Source of the DNA: Desulfotomaculum sp.
GTDB taxonomy: Bacteria; Bacillota; Desulfotomaculia; Desulfotomaculales; Nap2-2B
Direction: 5' to 3'
Assembly (NCBI GenBank): GCA_003513005.1
Contig: DOTD01000073.1
Coordinates: 22,110-86,109 of the forward strand
Length of the DNA: 64,000 nt
The position numbers were made by a program, and so were the translations under genes. The notes under the pieces were generated by a model, which searched no databases, was not told the origin of the DNA, and saw only the letters and a list, made by a program, of their open reading frames with translations. Shown one piece after another: positions 18,225 to 27,008 of this stretch (the first letter of the stretch is position 1; every line of letters starts with the position of its first letter).

Positions 18225-18253
18225 AGGAAGCAAAAAGTACGTCCCCTTGCTTC
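18225..18253 (+). repeat. 29-nt hairpin repeat, right copy (aggaagcaaaaagtacgtccccttgcttc)
   Basis: Matches 14923-14951 at 28 of 29 positions. It is followed by a second ccccttgcttc unit. It lies just downstream of the metalloprotease stop codon. Confidence 0.8.
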
Positions 18254-18266
18254 CCCCTTGCTTCCC

Positions 18267-20468
18267 CTATTGCTGTACACCAATGTTGGAGGCCACCCGG
18301 AGCAGATCCAGAATGTTAACAACCCCGTCATAATTTACATCTGCAATTTGGGATTGAGGAGTCACCGGACCCATCACACTTGCCATCCATAAAAGGTCCA
18401 AAATATTTATAGAACCGTCCTGGTTCATATCCCCGACCAGTCCATAAAGATATCTTATCCCGGCAATATCGTCAGGTTCCAATGTTCTTGCTCTTGACTC
18501 GCCGGTGGCGCAATATCCGTACATTGTTTTTTCTCTGTCTTCAGTTCCGTAAAGGTCAAGCAATCCAAAAGCATGACCAAACTCATGTGTGGTGATTTCC
18601 TGTGTGTCATACTGCCCGGGTGGGTTAACAGCTGTGCTCCAGTTGTAATAATCGCTTAATTCCGTATCACTCTCCAGAATATTATTCGGATGGGCGGTAT
18701 TAAAGTGAGTCCAGGTTTGGGCCAGCCAATCTGTATATCCTATATTTACCCATATAACAGAATTTTCCGAATCTATGCCTGTAGTTGTTTTATTCGTAGC
18801 TCCGCCGTACTTGAATAGAAATTTCGACCCTGCGCTATTCCAGGTGTTTGCGGCTGCCTTAATCGAATTTTCTTCTCCCGCGCAGTCCGCCGTGTTTGCG
18901 TTAACTTTATAGGTCAGTTTATTCCCGGGCACTGTTCCTCCCATGCAGGAGAATGTAACCCTGAACAAAGACGGGTTACTTACGAGATTGTCACTTGTAA
19001 TAACATAGAGATTTCCTGCTCCATCATCTGCATTATAGCTGCTTGCCCCTCCGGGCACAAGGCAGCTAATCTGGTCATCGCTCCACGATTTTATAGTGGC
19101 ATAAGTAAATATAATGTTTCCCTGGCCGGCCCAGAACGCCACATCTCCCTGGGAGGAACCGAAGCTGCTGCCGCTGATGGTTACCTCTGTGCTGTCTTCG
19201 GCAGCTTCATAAGTAGTTAAGTCTTTAGCCACGGCCCGCCCGGAATCAGGTGAAACACCGGTTATTTCCGGAAGCGGCCCACTATATTTTTCAACTAATA
19301 CATTATCAACGAAAGTACCTTTGTCATTATTAGTTTCGTCACTGTAAAAACAGAAACCAACCCATACCTGGGACTGCCCGCATACTTCGTCCAGGGGTAA
19401 ATATTCCTGGCGCCAGGGAGTCCAGTCTCCAGGACGGTAATAACCGTAAAAATCTACATTGTCTACTGAGTAGCCATAATAAAAACTTTCGTAAGGATTT
19501 CCGTCTTGATCGTAGCCTTCTTCTGCAGATTTTGTCCAGTTATCAAAGGTCATCCTGGCGCTGGTGGCGTCGCTTAAATCAAACGGCCCGTAAACCATCC
19601 AGGCATCCATATTATTCTGGTAATTGTCAACGGCCGGGTTAAGGTCACCGCAAACGTCCTGGCATGTTCCTGCGCACCAGGCGCTGTAGCTGCCGGTATA
19701 TGGTTGATAGCTTTCTTTACCCCAGGTATAAGAGCAATCAGGCGCCCCATAAAGATCCCATTTCGGATCCGCAGGCCAGTCTGATTCAAAGCCTTCATCC
19801 AGTATTGTTGTCCAGTAGGGCTGGCTGGCGCTGCTGCTTCCGGACAAGGCAGAATCCTGCTTTTCAGGCTGAACATTGTTTGAAATAAAAGACCTCCCGT
19901 TTTGAGATAGAGGAAAAGATTGCCGCGTAGTATATACCTGTTCCGTTACTGTTTCTTCTTTTTTAACCTTCTGTTTTTCCTCTATTTTGTCTGAGATCAA
20001 AGCAGAAATGTCTTTGACTGTCACATTTAAACCCACTATTTTATCTTTTTGTACTGTGTATTTCCCTTGTCTGGCGCCGGCAAGCTCGTAATATTTACCA
20101 CTGGCTTTTAAAAAGGCTAATATTTCTTCTCCTTTTTGAAATACAGGCGTATCAGATACCCGGCAGGTTATTTCCCCTACTGTTCCCCCTGGAACTTTTA
20201 TAATAACTTTCTCATCCCCTGCCCCTTTAAATAGTTCCTCTTTTGAAACAGTGACATAAGTATAAATTTTCTTGTCTTCCCATCCGGATTGAATAGCTGT
20301 AACTTCACCGGTCATAATAATCTGTGCTTCCGCGGCCAAAGTCCCCAGGTCTTTTTTTATGATCGTGGCCTGCGCCTTTTCCGAGCTGAATAAAACAAAA
20401 AAAGACATAAAGAAAAACACCAGCAAAACGAAAATATTGTAGTTGTTTAGTTTTATTTTGCGTGTCAT
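18267..20468 (-). CDS. Secreted metzincin-type zinc metalloprotease with a jelly-roll (MAM/choice-of-anchor-J-like) domain, an IPT/TIG-like domain and a C-terminal dockerin
   Basis: The N-terminus has a signal or anchor helix. The zinc motif is THEFGHAFGLLD, followed by the Met-turn KTMYGY. The C-terminus reads GDMNQDGSINILDLLWMASVMGP..ADVNYDGVVNILDLLRVASNIG (two EF-hand-like dockerin repeats). Confidence 0.75.
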   Translation of the reverse strand: MTRKIKLNNYNIFVLLVFFFMSFFVLFSSEKAQATIIKKDLGTLAAEAQIIMTGEVTAIQSGWEDKKIYTYVTVSKEELFKGAGDEKVIIKVPGGTVGEITCRVSDTPVFQKGEEILAFLKASGKYYELAGARQGKYTVQKDKIVGLNVTVKDISALISDKIEEKQKVKKEETVTEQVYTTRQSFPLSQNGRSFISNNVQPEKQDSALSGSSSASQPYWTTILDEGFESDWPADPKWDLYGAPDCSYTWGKESYQPYTGSYSAWCAGTCQDVCGDLNPAVDNYQNNMDAWMVYGPFDLSDATSARMTFDNWTKSAEEGYDQDGNPYESFYYGYSVDNVDFYGYYRPGDWTPWRQEYLPLDEVCGQSQVWVGFCFYSDETNNDKGTFVDNVLVEKYSGPLPEITGVSPDSGRAVAKDLTTYEAAEDSTEVTISGSSFGSSQGDVAFWAGQGNIIFTYATIKSWSDDQISCLVPGGASSYNADDGAGNLYVITSDNLVSNPSLFRVTFSCMGGTVPGNKLTYKVNANTADCAGEENSIKAAANTWNSAGSKFLFKYGGATNKTTTGIDSENSVIWVNIGYTDWLAQTWTHFNTAHPNNILESDTELSDYYNWSTAVNPPGQYDTQEITTHEFGHAFGLLDLYGTEDREKTMYGYCATGESRARTLEPDDIAGIRYLYGLVGDMNQDGSINILDLLWMASVMGPVTPQSQIADVNYDGVVNILDLLRVASNIGVQQ

Positions 20469-20528
20469 TTTTTACACCCCGCTTTTTTAAAATAGGACAC
20501 CTGCCTTAACAATTAAAAGTTGGCCTAT

Positions 20529-20553
20529 TATAAAAGAGGCGCCCCGCCTTTTA
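20529..20553 (-). terminator. Weak intrinsic terminator after the 1062-aa SLH protein gene
   Basis: The minus strand reads AAAAGGCG-ggg-CGCCTCTTTTAT. Confidence 0.4.
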
Positions 20554-20622
20554 AGACGGGACACCTTTCCAACTTTCAAATTGCCTGGTTATCAGACATT
20601 TTACCTGCTAACTTTCGTTAGA

Positions 20623-23600
20623 CTAGAGCTTTGCCAGCATACGGGAGACCATGGCGCATACTTCAGCCCTGATAGCGTTTTTCCCGGGGCCGAAAGTACC
20701 GTTGGGATAACCTTTGATAATCCCTTCTTTAACGGCCACAGCAACCGAACCTCTCGCCCAGGCAGAAATGTTATGATCGTCTTTAAAGGCTGTTACTGCA
20801 CTGGCGTTTGCAGCGGCTTCGTCTGCCTTGCCCAAAGCCCTTATTAAAATGGCCGCAATTTCTTCTCTGGTGATTTTCGCGTTTGGTTTGAATAGTCCCT
20901 TTCCATAGCCTTTCACCAGATTTGCCTTGGCTGCCGCTTCAATCACGCCATAGTACCAATCGTTCGGAGATACGTCTTTGAATGTTGGCGTGGCAGGATT
21001 CTCTTCGGCAAGTCCGAGCGCAACAGCGATTATCTTGGTGAACTCAGCTCTCGTGATATCATTTCTAGGCCTGAACGTGCCGTCCGGATATCCGTTAAGA
21101 ATGCCTTTTTCGCACAGTTCCTTGATTACTCCTGATGCCCAGTAGCTTTCCGGAACATCGGTATATGCACAGCCTTTCTTTTCTTCTGCCGCAGTTGTAA
21201 AGCTCCAGTTGAGGCTGGCGTTTTGAGCTGAGCAGTCTGCCCGTTTTACAGTTCCATACGGAATGCTAATGGTATATTTGGTATTAAAGTTAAAGTTGTC
21301 GTGAGCAATGGTTAAGACCTTTCCATCAACAGTTGCCTTTACTCCGCTCACAACATTGTTCTGAGCATCTTTAACGCTTAACTTGGTCAGATCTACGGCC
21401 GCGATATTTTGTTTGAAGGTAACCTTCACAACAGCGTCGATGGCAACGTTTTCAGCGTTTGCCGCAGGCACGTATGTATCGACATTCAGTTCGCACGAGC
21501 TTCCGCCGCCGCCACCACCACCACCACCGCCTGATTTGGTAGTGGTAAAGGCTACGACCTGTCCTTCGCCCCAGCCGGCGGAGTTATGTGCCATTGCCTT
21601 GTATTCATAAGGAGTGTTTGACGTAAGACCGGTGAGAGCGAAACTGAAAGCGCCAGATCCGTATGGACCTGGTGTCTCAACACCCGCGTCCGTCCACTCT
21701 GTTACGCCTTGCTTGCGGTAAACGAACTTGCGCTGGTCGCAATCGGCGCCGCCGACATTGGTGATATTACCGTTTAATGTCGCGCCGCCAGTGGTGATAT
21801 TGGTGGCGCTGCTGGTTGTTACAGTCGGCGGTATCACCTGACAGGTTGCCAGAGTGGTAAAGTATGTTTTTGTTACTACACTCCAGCCTGCAGAGTTGTG
21901 AGCCATTGCACTATATTCATAAGAAGTGTTTAAATCAAGCCCCGTCAGGTTAAAGCTGAATGCGCCTATCCCGAATGTACCTGTCTCAACGCCTGCGTCC
22001 GTCCACTCTGTTACGCCTTGCCTGCGGTAAACAAACTTGCGCTGGTCGCAATCGGCGCCGCCGTTGCTGGTGATGTTCCCTTTTAAGGTTGCGCCGCTGC
22101 AGGTGATATCGGCAGCGTTCTCAGTTGTCACGGTAGGAGCGGTTATTTCTCCGCCGGGTATGGTAAAGCTTCCCTGTGCTTGGACCGCATTTGCAGTGAC
22201 CATCACAGTATATGTTCCCGCCCCGAAGCCGGCTGTGGAGAAAACGAATTCATATTCTCCATTCTGGTTTGTTAACATCTGCCCCAGGGCAAAGATATCT
22301 CCGCCTTTTTCTATCACTATTGCAACAGACACATCTCTTTCCGGAACATCGCCGTATCTTCTTGTCAGGGTTCCGGATGCAGTTACTGTGTCGTTGCCAT
22401 CATTATATTGAAGATCCAGGGTCAAACAATAGACATCAGATGACTGCTTGGTTGTGAAACTCCACTCATGCTCATCGTTGCCCACACCGCCGGACTGTAC
22501 ACAATTATCAGGAATTGTCACCGTGTAAGTAGTCTCGAACTGGAGGGCAGGATGGCTGATATTCAGGGTCCGGCCGTTCAGAGCCGCTGTCACACCCTGC
22601 AGGATGTCGCTCCCGTCACGAATCACTACGCCGCCGCCGTTTAGTGTAACATCCCTGTCAAAAGTAGCGCTTATCTCAGTGTCTGCGTCTACATCAACAC
22701 CCGTTGCGCCGTCAGCAGGCTGGTTACTTTCCACCAGGGGGGGTTCCGGTTCTATACAGAGTGGAGTAGTGAAGTCTACTACTTGACTTTCTCCCCAGCC
22801 GGCGGAGTTGTGCGCCATAGCCTTGTATTCATAAGTAGTATCTGGATCAAGCCCGGTCAGTCCGAAGCTGAAAGCTCCCGTCCCGAATGTACCTGTCTCA
22901 TCACCCGCGTCAATCCAATCCGGGTCGCCTTGCTGGCGGTACTGGAACTTGCGCTCGTTGCAATCTGCCCCGTTGATGATATTTCCGTTTAAGGTAGCGC
23001 TGTTGCAGGTGATATCGGTAGCTCCATTATCAGTTCCTACTTCGGGTTCTGTTTGTTGCTGGACAATCAGCCCCATGGTGTTCAGAATAGCTTCCAGCTG
23101 ATCCTTTTGATCCTGAGTTAACTGGTCGTACATTGCGGAAAGGCAATCCACCGTCAGCCCGCAGGCTGTCAGGTCATCCCGTGTTAAGTTGCCGTCACTT
23201 ACACTAACGAGCCAATCCAAAATGGTATCAAACTGATCTCTTACACCGTCTGTAACTACCAGTCCGGGTCCGAACTGGATCTGAGACAGCTTAACCATAA
23301 ACATCACAAACTCATCAAAGGAGATCCCCTTTGAATTGAGCTGGGCTAAGGTTTCCGGGTTTATTGAATTATCGTGAAGCCAATTGATAAGCCCGTTCAA
23401 ATATTCCTCGTCGGATACCTCGTCGGGGCTGACTGGATCAATGGCGTTTAGGAAACCTTGATACCCAGTAGCGCCGCCGCTGGGATTATTGGGTAGATAG
23501 CCCGATACATCGTCAACCAAACCGATTTTAATATTTAAATAAGTATTTTCATCTATATCCAAGGTGTCTTTTAACGCTGCTTCTTCTTCATCACTCAAGC

Positions 23601-23811
23601 AATTAAAGAAATTCTGCGCCATTGCATCGCTGATTTCTACCGCCTGTTCCAACTGTTCCGGGGTTAGATTATGCAATTGCCCGAAGAAGGGGCCGAGATC
23701 ACTTATTAATTGCCCATAATCATCACTCGCCAGAGACATACCAGCGCCGGTAATCAGCAAAATTGCCGCAAGGCATAGTGCCAAGATTATTTTTTTGAAG
23801 GATCCTCTCAT
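20623..23811 (-). CDS. Large S-layer-homology-anchored multidomain surface protein
   Basis: Start chosen at ATG 23811 (SD GAGGTGA), giving the signal peptide MRGSFKKIILALCLAAILLITGAGMSLA. The domain order is an unrecognised ~230-aa helical module, an FN3-like domain, Big_5, an Ig-like domain, two FN3-like domains, a Gly10 linker, Big_5, then three SLH repeats. The FN3-like domains read ATLNGNI...YEYKAMAHNSAGWG. The Big_5 (SbsA-type Ig) domains read ..TYTVTIP..WSFTT. The SLH repeats read YTDVPESYWASGVI.., FKDVSPNDWYYGVI.. and FKDDHNISAWARGSV... Confidence 0.8.
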   Translation of the reverse strand: MRGSFKKIILALCLAAILLITGAGMSLASDDYGQLISDLGPFFGQLHNLTPEQLEQAVEISDAMAQNFFNCLSDEEEAALKDTLDIDENTYLNIKIGLVDDVSGYLPNNPSGGATGYQGFLNAIDPVSPDEVSDEEYLNGLINWLHDNSINPETLAQLNSKGISFDEFVMFMVKLSQIQFGPGLVVTDGVRDQFDTILDWLVSVSDGNLTRDDLTACGLTVDCLSAMYDQLTQDQKDQLEAILNTMGLIVQQQTEPEVGTDNGATDITCNSATLNGNIINGADCNERKFQYRQQGDPDWIDAGDETGTFGTGAFSFGLTGLDPDTTYEYKAMAHNSAGWGESQVVDFTTPLCIEPEPPLVESNQPADGATGVDVDADTEISATFDRDVTLNGGGVVIRDGSDILQGVTAALNGRTLNISHPALQFETTYTVTIPDNCVQSGGVGNDEHEWSFTTKQSSDVYCLTLDLQYNDGNDTVTASGTLTRRYGDVPERDVSVAIVIEKGGDIFALGQMLTNQNGEYEFVFSTAGFGAGTYTVMVTANAVQAQGSFTIPGGEITAPTVTTENAADITCSGATLKGNITSNGGADCDQRKFVYRRQGVTEWTDAGVETGTFGIGAFSFNLTGLDLNTSYEYSAMAHNSAGWSVVTKTYFTTLATCQVIPPTVTTSSATNITTGGATLNGNITNVGGADCDQRKFVYRKQGVTEWTDAGVETPGPYGSGAFSFALTGLTSNTPYEYKAMAHNSAGWGEGQVVAFTTTKSGGGGGGGGGGSSCELNVDTYVPAANAENVAIDAVVKVTFKQNIAAVDLTKLSVKDAQNNVVSGVKATVDGKVLTIAHDNFNFNTKYTISIPYGTVKRADCSAQNASLNWSFTTAAEEKKGCAYTDVPESYWASGVIKELCEKGILNGYPDGTFRPRNDITRAEFTKIIAVALGLAEENPATPTFKDVSPNDWYYGVIEAAAKANLVKGYGKGLFKPNAKITREEIAAILIRALGKADEAAANASAVTAFKDDHNISAWARGSVAVAVKEGIIKGYPNGTFGPGKNAIRAEVCAMVSRMLAKL
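21502..21531 (-). repeat. (GGN)10 triplet tract encoding a Gly10 linker
   Basis: The plus strand reads tccgccgccgccaccaccaccaccaccgcc. Confidence 0.9.
21540..22160 (-). repeat. Tandem in-frame duplication (period 309 bp) of an FN3-like domain
   Basis: The landmark gcgtccgtccactctgttacgcc occurs at 21686 and 21995. The flanking DNA is nearly identical by eye. Confidence 0.8.
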
Positions 23812-23836
23812 CGTTTTTATGCTCACCTCACTTTTT

Positions 23837-25612
23837 TTAAATTACCAGGTCCGCTACAACCTGCTCAGCAAATGTTGAATACGTGGCATTAGGATCTTGT
23901 TTTAAGACAAATAGCTCAACCTTATAGGTTCCTGTCTCCGTGGGAGCATTAATATCAAAACTGATATTCGCAACCCCGCCTGCAGCAATATTCTCTGTTT
24001 TGCTAGTAAAGCTCTTTACTTCGATAACCCCATCTGGTCTTGTTTTTGTGACCTGACAGCCTACCACCATCGAGTCGTAATTGATGTTTGTGAGGTTGGT
24101 TAGTATTGCCGTCACCGTCCTAGTGCTACCGCTGCCGGTAATCTGAGGGGCGGAAAATTTTAACGGGAAATTATAGATATGGAAAGTTCCTTCCACTATT
24201 ACCGGATCTCCTACACCGGGCGTAGCTGTTACCTGCACAGTGTAATCAGCCACTACCGGCAGGTCAATCGCAGGTGTGTATAACTGAATAAAGCTGGAGT
24301 CGCTTTCAGGAGTATATGTGGCTACAGTATTGCCTCCTGAATTTTTGATGACTACCGACCAGTTGACGGCTTCTGGTGTTCCTCCCCTGTCGGCTGATCC
24401 GTCAATCATCAGGGGCCGGTCCGGGCTGATATAGGCGCCGGTCAGGTTGACTGTTACATTCAGCTGCTGCGGCGGAGGCGCCGCTAAGGTGGTAAAAGAC
24501 CAGGTGGTCTGATCATTTGTCTGGCCGCCATTAATGACCGCTCCGGCAGGAATGGTGACAGTATATGTCGTGCTATAGGCAAACGCGTTATGCGCAATGG
24601 TCAGTGTCCTGCTGTCTCCCCCAAGGGTGGCGTTCACGCCTGCCACCGGGTTGCTACCCGCATCCTTGATTGTGACTCCGTCAAGATTGCCGACTGTTAC
24701 ATCCATATTAGAAGTTGCCTGCACTGGAGCGTTAAGAGCTACGTTCGTCGCTCCATTAAGGGGCTGAACCGGCGTGAGAACAGGCTTTTCCGGCGGAGGC
24801 GCCGCTAAGGTGGTAAAAGACCAGGTGGTCTGATCATTTGTCTGGCCGCCATTAATGACCGCTCCGGCAGGAATGGTTACAGTATATGTCGTGCTGTAAT
24901 TAAACGCGTTATGAGCAATGGTCAGAGTCTTGTTGTCCACACCCAGGGTGGCGCTCACGCCTGCCACCGGGTTGTTACCCGCGTCCTTGATTGTGACTCC
25001 GGCAAGGTTGACTACTGTTACATCCATATTAGAAATTGCCTGCACTGGAGCGTTAAGAGCTACGTTCGTCGCTCCATTTAAGGGCTGAACCGGCGTGATA
25101 ACAGGCTTTGGCACTACCGCGCCGTTTATAGTGATTGTGTCCTCTGTCGTCGTATGACTAATGCTGGCTCCGCCTTCTCCTCCCAGGAGAGTTGAACCAG
25201 GCACAAAAGAAAGGTTTGCCGTGCCGGCGGCTAATGCTGTAAATGTAATTACTGCCGCCGTGCCGCCACTTCCCGTATATGCATTTGCAGGTACCAGCGC
25301 TATCGAAGCATAGTTAATATTGCCGGTTGTATTATTAATTTCATTTTGAACAGGAAAAGGACTTGTAAAAATATTTCCATCGGTCACCTGATCAGCCCGC
25401 AGCAATGATGGGTTAAACTGCAGGTTGAACTGCGTGCCCATTACAGCGGTCGCATTATTCAAGACTATGTCTACGGTGAACTGGTCACCCACATTCACCG
25501 CAGCAGGCGCCTGAGGGCCGATGGAAGGGACAGCAGCCCAGGCAGGAATTGCAACACAAAGCATTCCCAGCAACAGGGCGATAAACAAAATGGAGATCTT
25601 CCTGTTAAGCAT
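23837..25612 (-). CDS. Secreted cohesin-domain protein (cohesin, two Big_5 domains, C-terminal Ig-like domains); no SLH or membrane anchor
   Basis: Signal peptide ..CVAIPAWA/AVP. Residues ~35-170 fit the cohesin jelly-roll pattern: VNVGDQFTVDIVLNNATAVMGTQFNLQFNPSLLRADQVTDGNIF...GTAAVITFTALAAGTANLSF. Two 107-aa Big_5 repeats follow. Confidence 0.7.
   Translation of the reverse strand: MLNRKISILFIALLLGMLCVAIPAWAAVPSIGPQAPAAVNVGDQFTVDIVLNNATAVMGTQFNLQFNPSLLRADQVTDGNIFTSPFPVQNEINNTTGNINYASIALVPANAYTGSGGTAAVITFTALAAGTANLSFVPGSTLLGGEGGASISHTTTEDTITINGAVVPKPVITPVQPLNGATNVALNAPVQAISNMDVTVVNLAGVTIKDAGNNPVAGVSATLGVDNKTLTIAHNAFNYSTTYTVTIPAGAVINGGQTNDQTTWSFTTLAAPPPEKPVLTPVQPLNGATNVALNAPVQATSNMDVTVGNLDGVTIKDAGSNPVAGVNATLGGDSRTLTIAHNAFAYSTTYTVTIPAGAVINGGQTNDQTTWSFTTLAAPPPQQLNVTVNLTGAYISPDRPLMIDGSADRGGTPEAVNWSVVIKNSGGNTVATYTPESDSSFIQLYTPAIDLPVVADYTVQVTATPGVGDPVIVEGTFHIYNFPLKFSAPQITGSGSTRTVTAILTNLTNINYDSMVVGCQVTKTRPDGVIEVKSFTSKTENIAAGGVANISFDINAPTETGTYKVELFVLKQDPNATYSTFAEQVVADLVI
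24471..25112 (-). repeat. Tandem in-frame duplication (period 321 bp = 107 aa) of a Big_5 domain
   Basis: The string ggcggaggcgccgctaaggtggtaaaagaccaggtggtctgatcatttgtctggccgccattaatgaccgctccggcaggaatggt occurs at 24471 and again at 24792. Confidence 0.9.
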
Positions 25613-25760
25613 GTTATCCTCCTTTACAAAGTTTATTTCCTTCTAAAAAAACTAAGATAATTTCCTTCCAAAACCTTTTATTAGTAAACCGCCAGTTAAG
25701 TTTTTTTCTGCACTCCCCCAGTCATAAAATTTTTAGTAATCTATTTTTTAAAACTTATTG

Positions 25761-26957
25761 TCACATTCCAATATTCTGGGCTACCCTCAACAGGTCGAGA
25801 ATATTTACCTGGCTGTCTTTATTCACGTCGGCCCATAGTGATTCGCCGCTGACAGGACCCATTTTTGAAGCCATCCAGAGCAGATCCAGGATATTAATTG
25901 CCTTGTCTGAGTTCATGTCTCCCAGTCTCAGAGTGACCGGCGCCATTTGTTTGACCTCATCCTGGCCAAGGCTGACCGGCGTATCTACTTCTTTCCAACT
26001 CCAGTCGGCTTTGTCAAAGGATATCTGGCATGCGCCTGCAGGCAGCCCGCTCAGGGTGTAGTAGCCGTTGCTTGCTGATATGGCGGAAGCAACCACCTGG
26101 TTATTGATTTCCGCTTTTATCTCCGAACCGGCGTGGTTTGGTTCCGGATCGGCCTGAGAAACCTTCTCCAGATAAACATAGCCATAAATGCCTGCGCCTT
26201 CTACCGTGCCCAGCTTTTTGAGAATTTCAATCAGGTCATTCCGCTGTTGATCAGTTAACTGGCCGATGGCCGCCTGAAACATGGCGCAGCTAAAACCCAC
26301 TTCTTCCAGATCCTGCCTTGTTATCTTGCTGACCGCTATAATATACTGATCAACCAGCGCATCAAAATTAGCGCATATTATGTTGCCGGCGGCATCTATT
26401 TTTAGCTGCTTAAACATCTGTATAAAAAATTCCAACTGTTCTATTTCTCCCCACCGCCAGGTGTCATTCATCTCAACCCGGTAGTCGTTGGGAAGAGTCA
26501 ACCTCAGTTGCTCGTATAAACCGGCCAAATAATCCAGGTCACGGTTTACCGGCTGAACACTGTTGACAAAACCATCGTACCCGGCTTGGCCGCCGCTCTG
26601 GTGGCTATTGACGTATTCTTCAATAGTCCAGGGCCATCTCGTACCGCCAAAATCCAGGTGAAACTTGTTCATCAGGGCTTGCTGCCGCTGCGCCGTCAGG
26701 ACGGGCTGGTTCCCGTTGATACCGTAAAAAACCGCCTCGTTGAGCTTCTTGCCGATATTCACCAGCTCTTCCATTTCACTGGCGTTTAAAAGAGCCAGCC
26801 CGTCCCAGACATCGCTCATTGCTTCCACACAGTCAGTGCTGTCTAATTCATTTATACCTCCGGCACCGCCGGCCATGGCCTTCTGCTGACTTGAAGCCAT
26901 CAGAAGCACGATTAATAAAACAGCGCTTAAAATGACTGTCCCTGCTTTTTTTACCAT
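25761..26957 (-). CDS. Secreted dockerin protein: the same unrecognised helical module as in the 1062-aa SLH protein, a CarboxypepD_reg-like domain, then a dockerin
   Basis: A signal peptide is present. GGQAGYDGFVNSVQPV and ITRQDLEEVGFSCAMFQAAIGQLTDQQRNDLIEILKKLG parallel GGATGYQGFLNAIDPV and LTRDDLTACGLTVDCLSAMYDQLTQDQKDQLEAILNTMG. The C-terminus reads GDMNSDKAINILDLLWMASKMGP..ADVNKDSQVNILDLLRVAQNIG. Confidence 0.7.
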   Translation of the reverse strand: MVKKAGTVILSAVLLIVLLMASSQQKAMAGGAGGINELDSTDCVEAMSDVWDGLALLNASEMEELVNIGKKLNEAVFYGINGNQPVLTAQRQQALMNKFHLDFGGTRWPWTIEEYVNSHQSGGQAGYDGFVNSVQPVNRDLDYLAGLYEQLRLTLPNDYRVEMNDTWRWGEIEQLEFFIQMFKQLKIDAAGNIICANFDALVDQYIIAVSKITRQDLEEVGFSCAMFQAAIGQLTDQQRNDLIEILKKLGTVEGAGIYGYVYLEKVSQADPEPNHAGSEIKAEINNQVVASAISASNGYYTLSGLPAGACQISFDKADWSWKEVDTPVSLGQDEVKQMAPVTLRLGDMNSDKAINILDLLWMASKMGPVSGESLWADVNKDSQVNILDLLRVAQNIGM

Positions 26958-27008
26958 AAATGTACCTCCTTCCTCTCAAACCTTTTATAACGACTTAACT
27001 TGCAATTA

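Noticed and set aside
14923-18253. An active integrative element or prophage between the 29-nt repeats
   Set aside because: No integrase, recombinase, intact transposase or phage structural gene is present. The only mobile-element-like sequences are short and frameshifted, so at most this is a decayed remnant.
20469-20622. Two copies of AGGTGTCC about 62 bp apart, upstream of the metalloprotease gene, as a possible operator
   Set aside because: An 8-mer repeated twice has little statistical weight without genome-wide or comparative support.
21540-25112. Regularly spaced DNA repeats (309-bp and 321-bp periods) that might suggest a CRISPR or satellite array
   Set aside because: The repeats are in-frame protein-domain duplications (FN3-like and Big_5) inside long ORFs. 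Their units are far longer than CRISPR repeats, and no spacers or cas genes are present.
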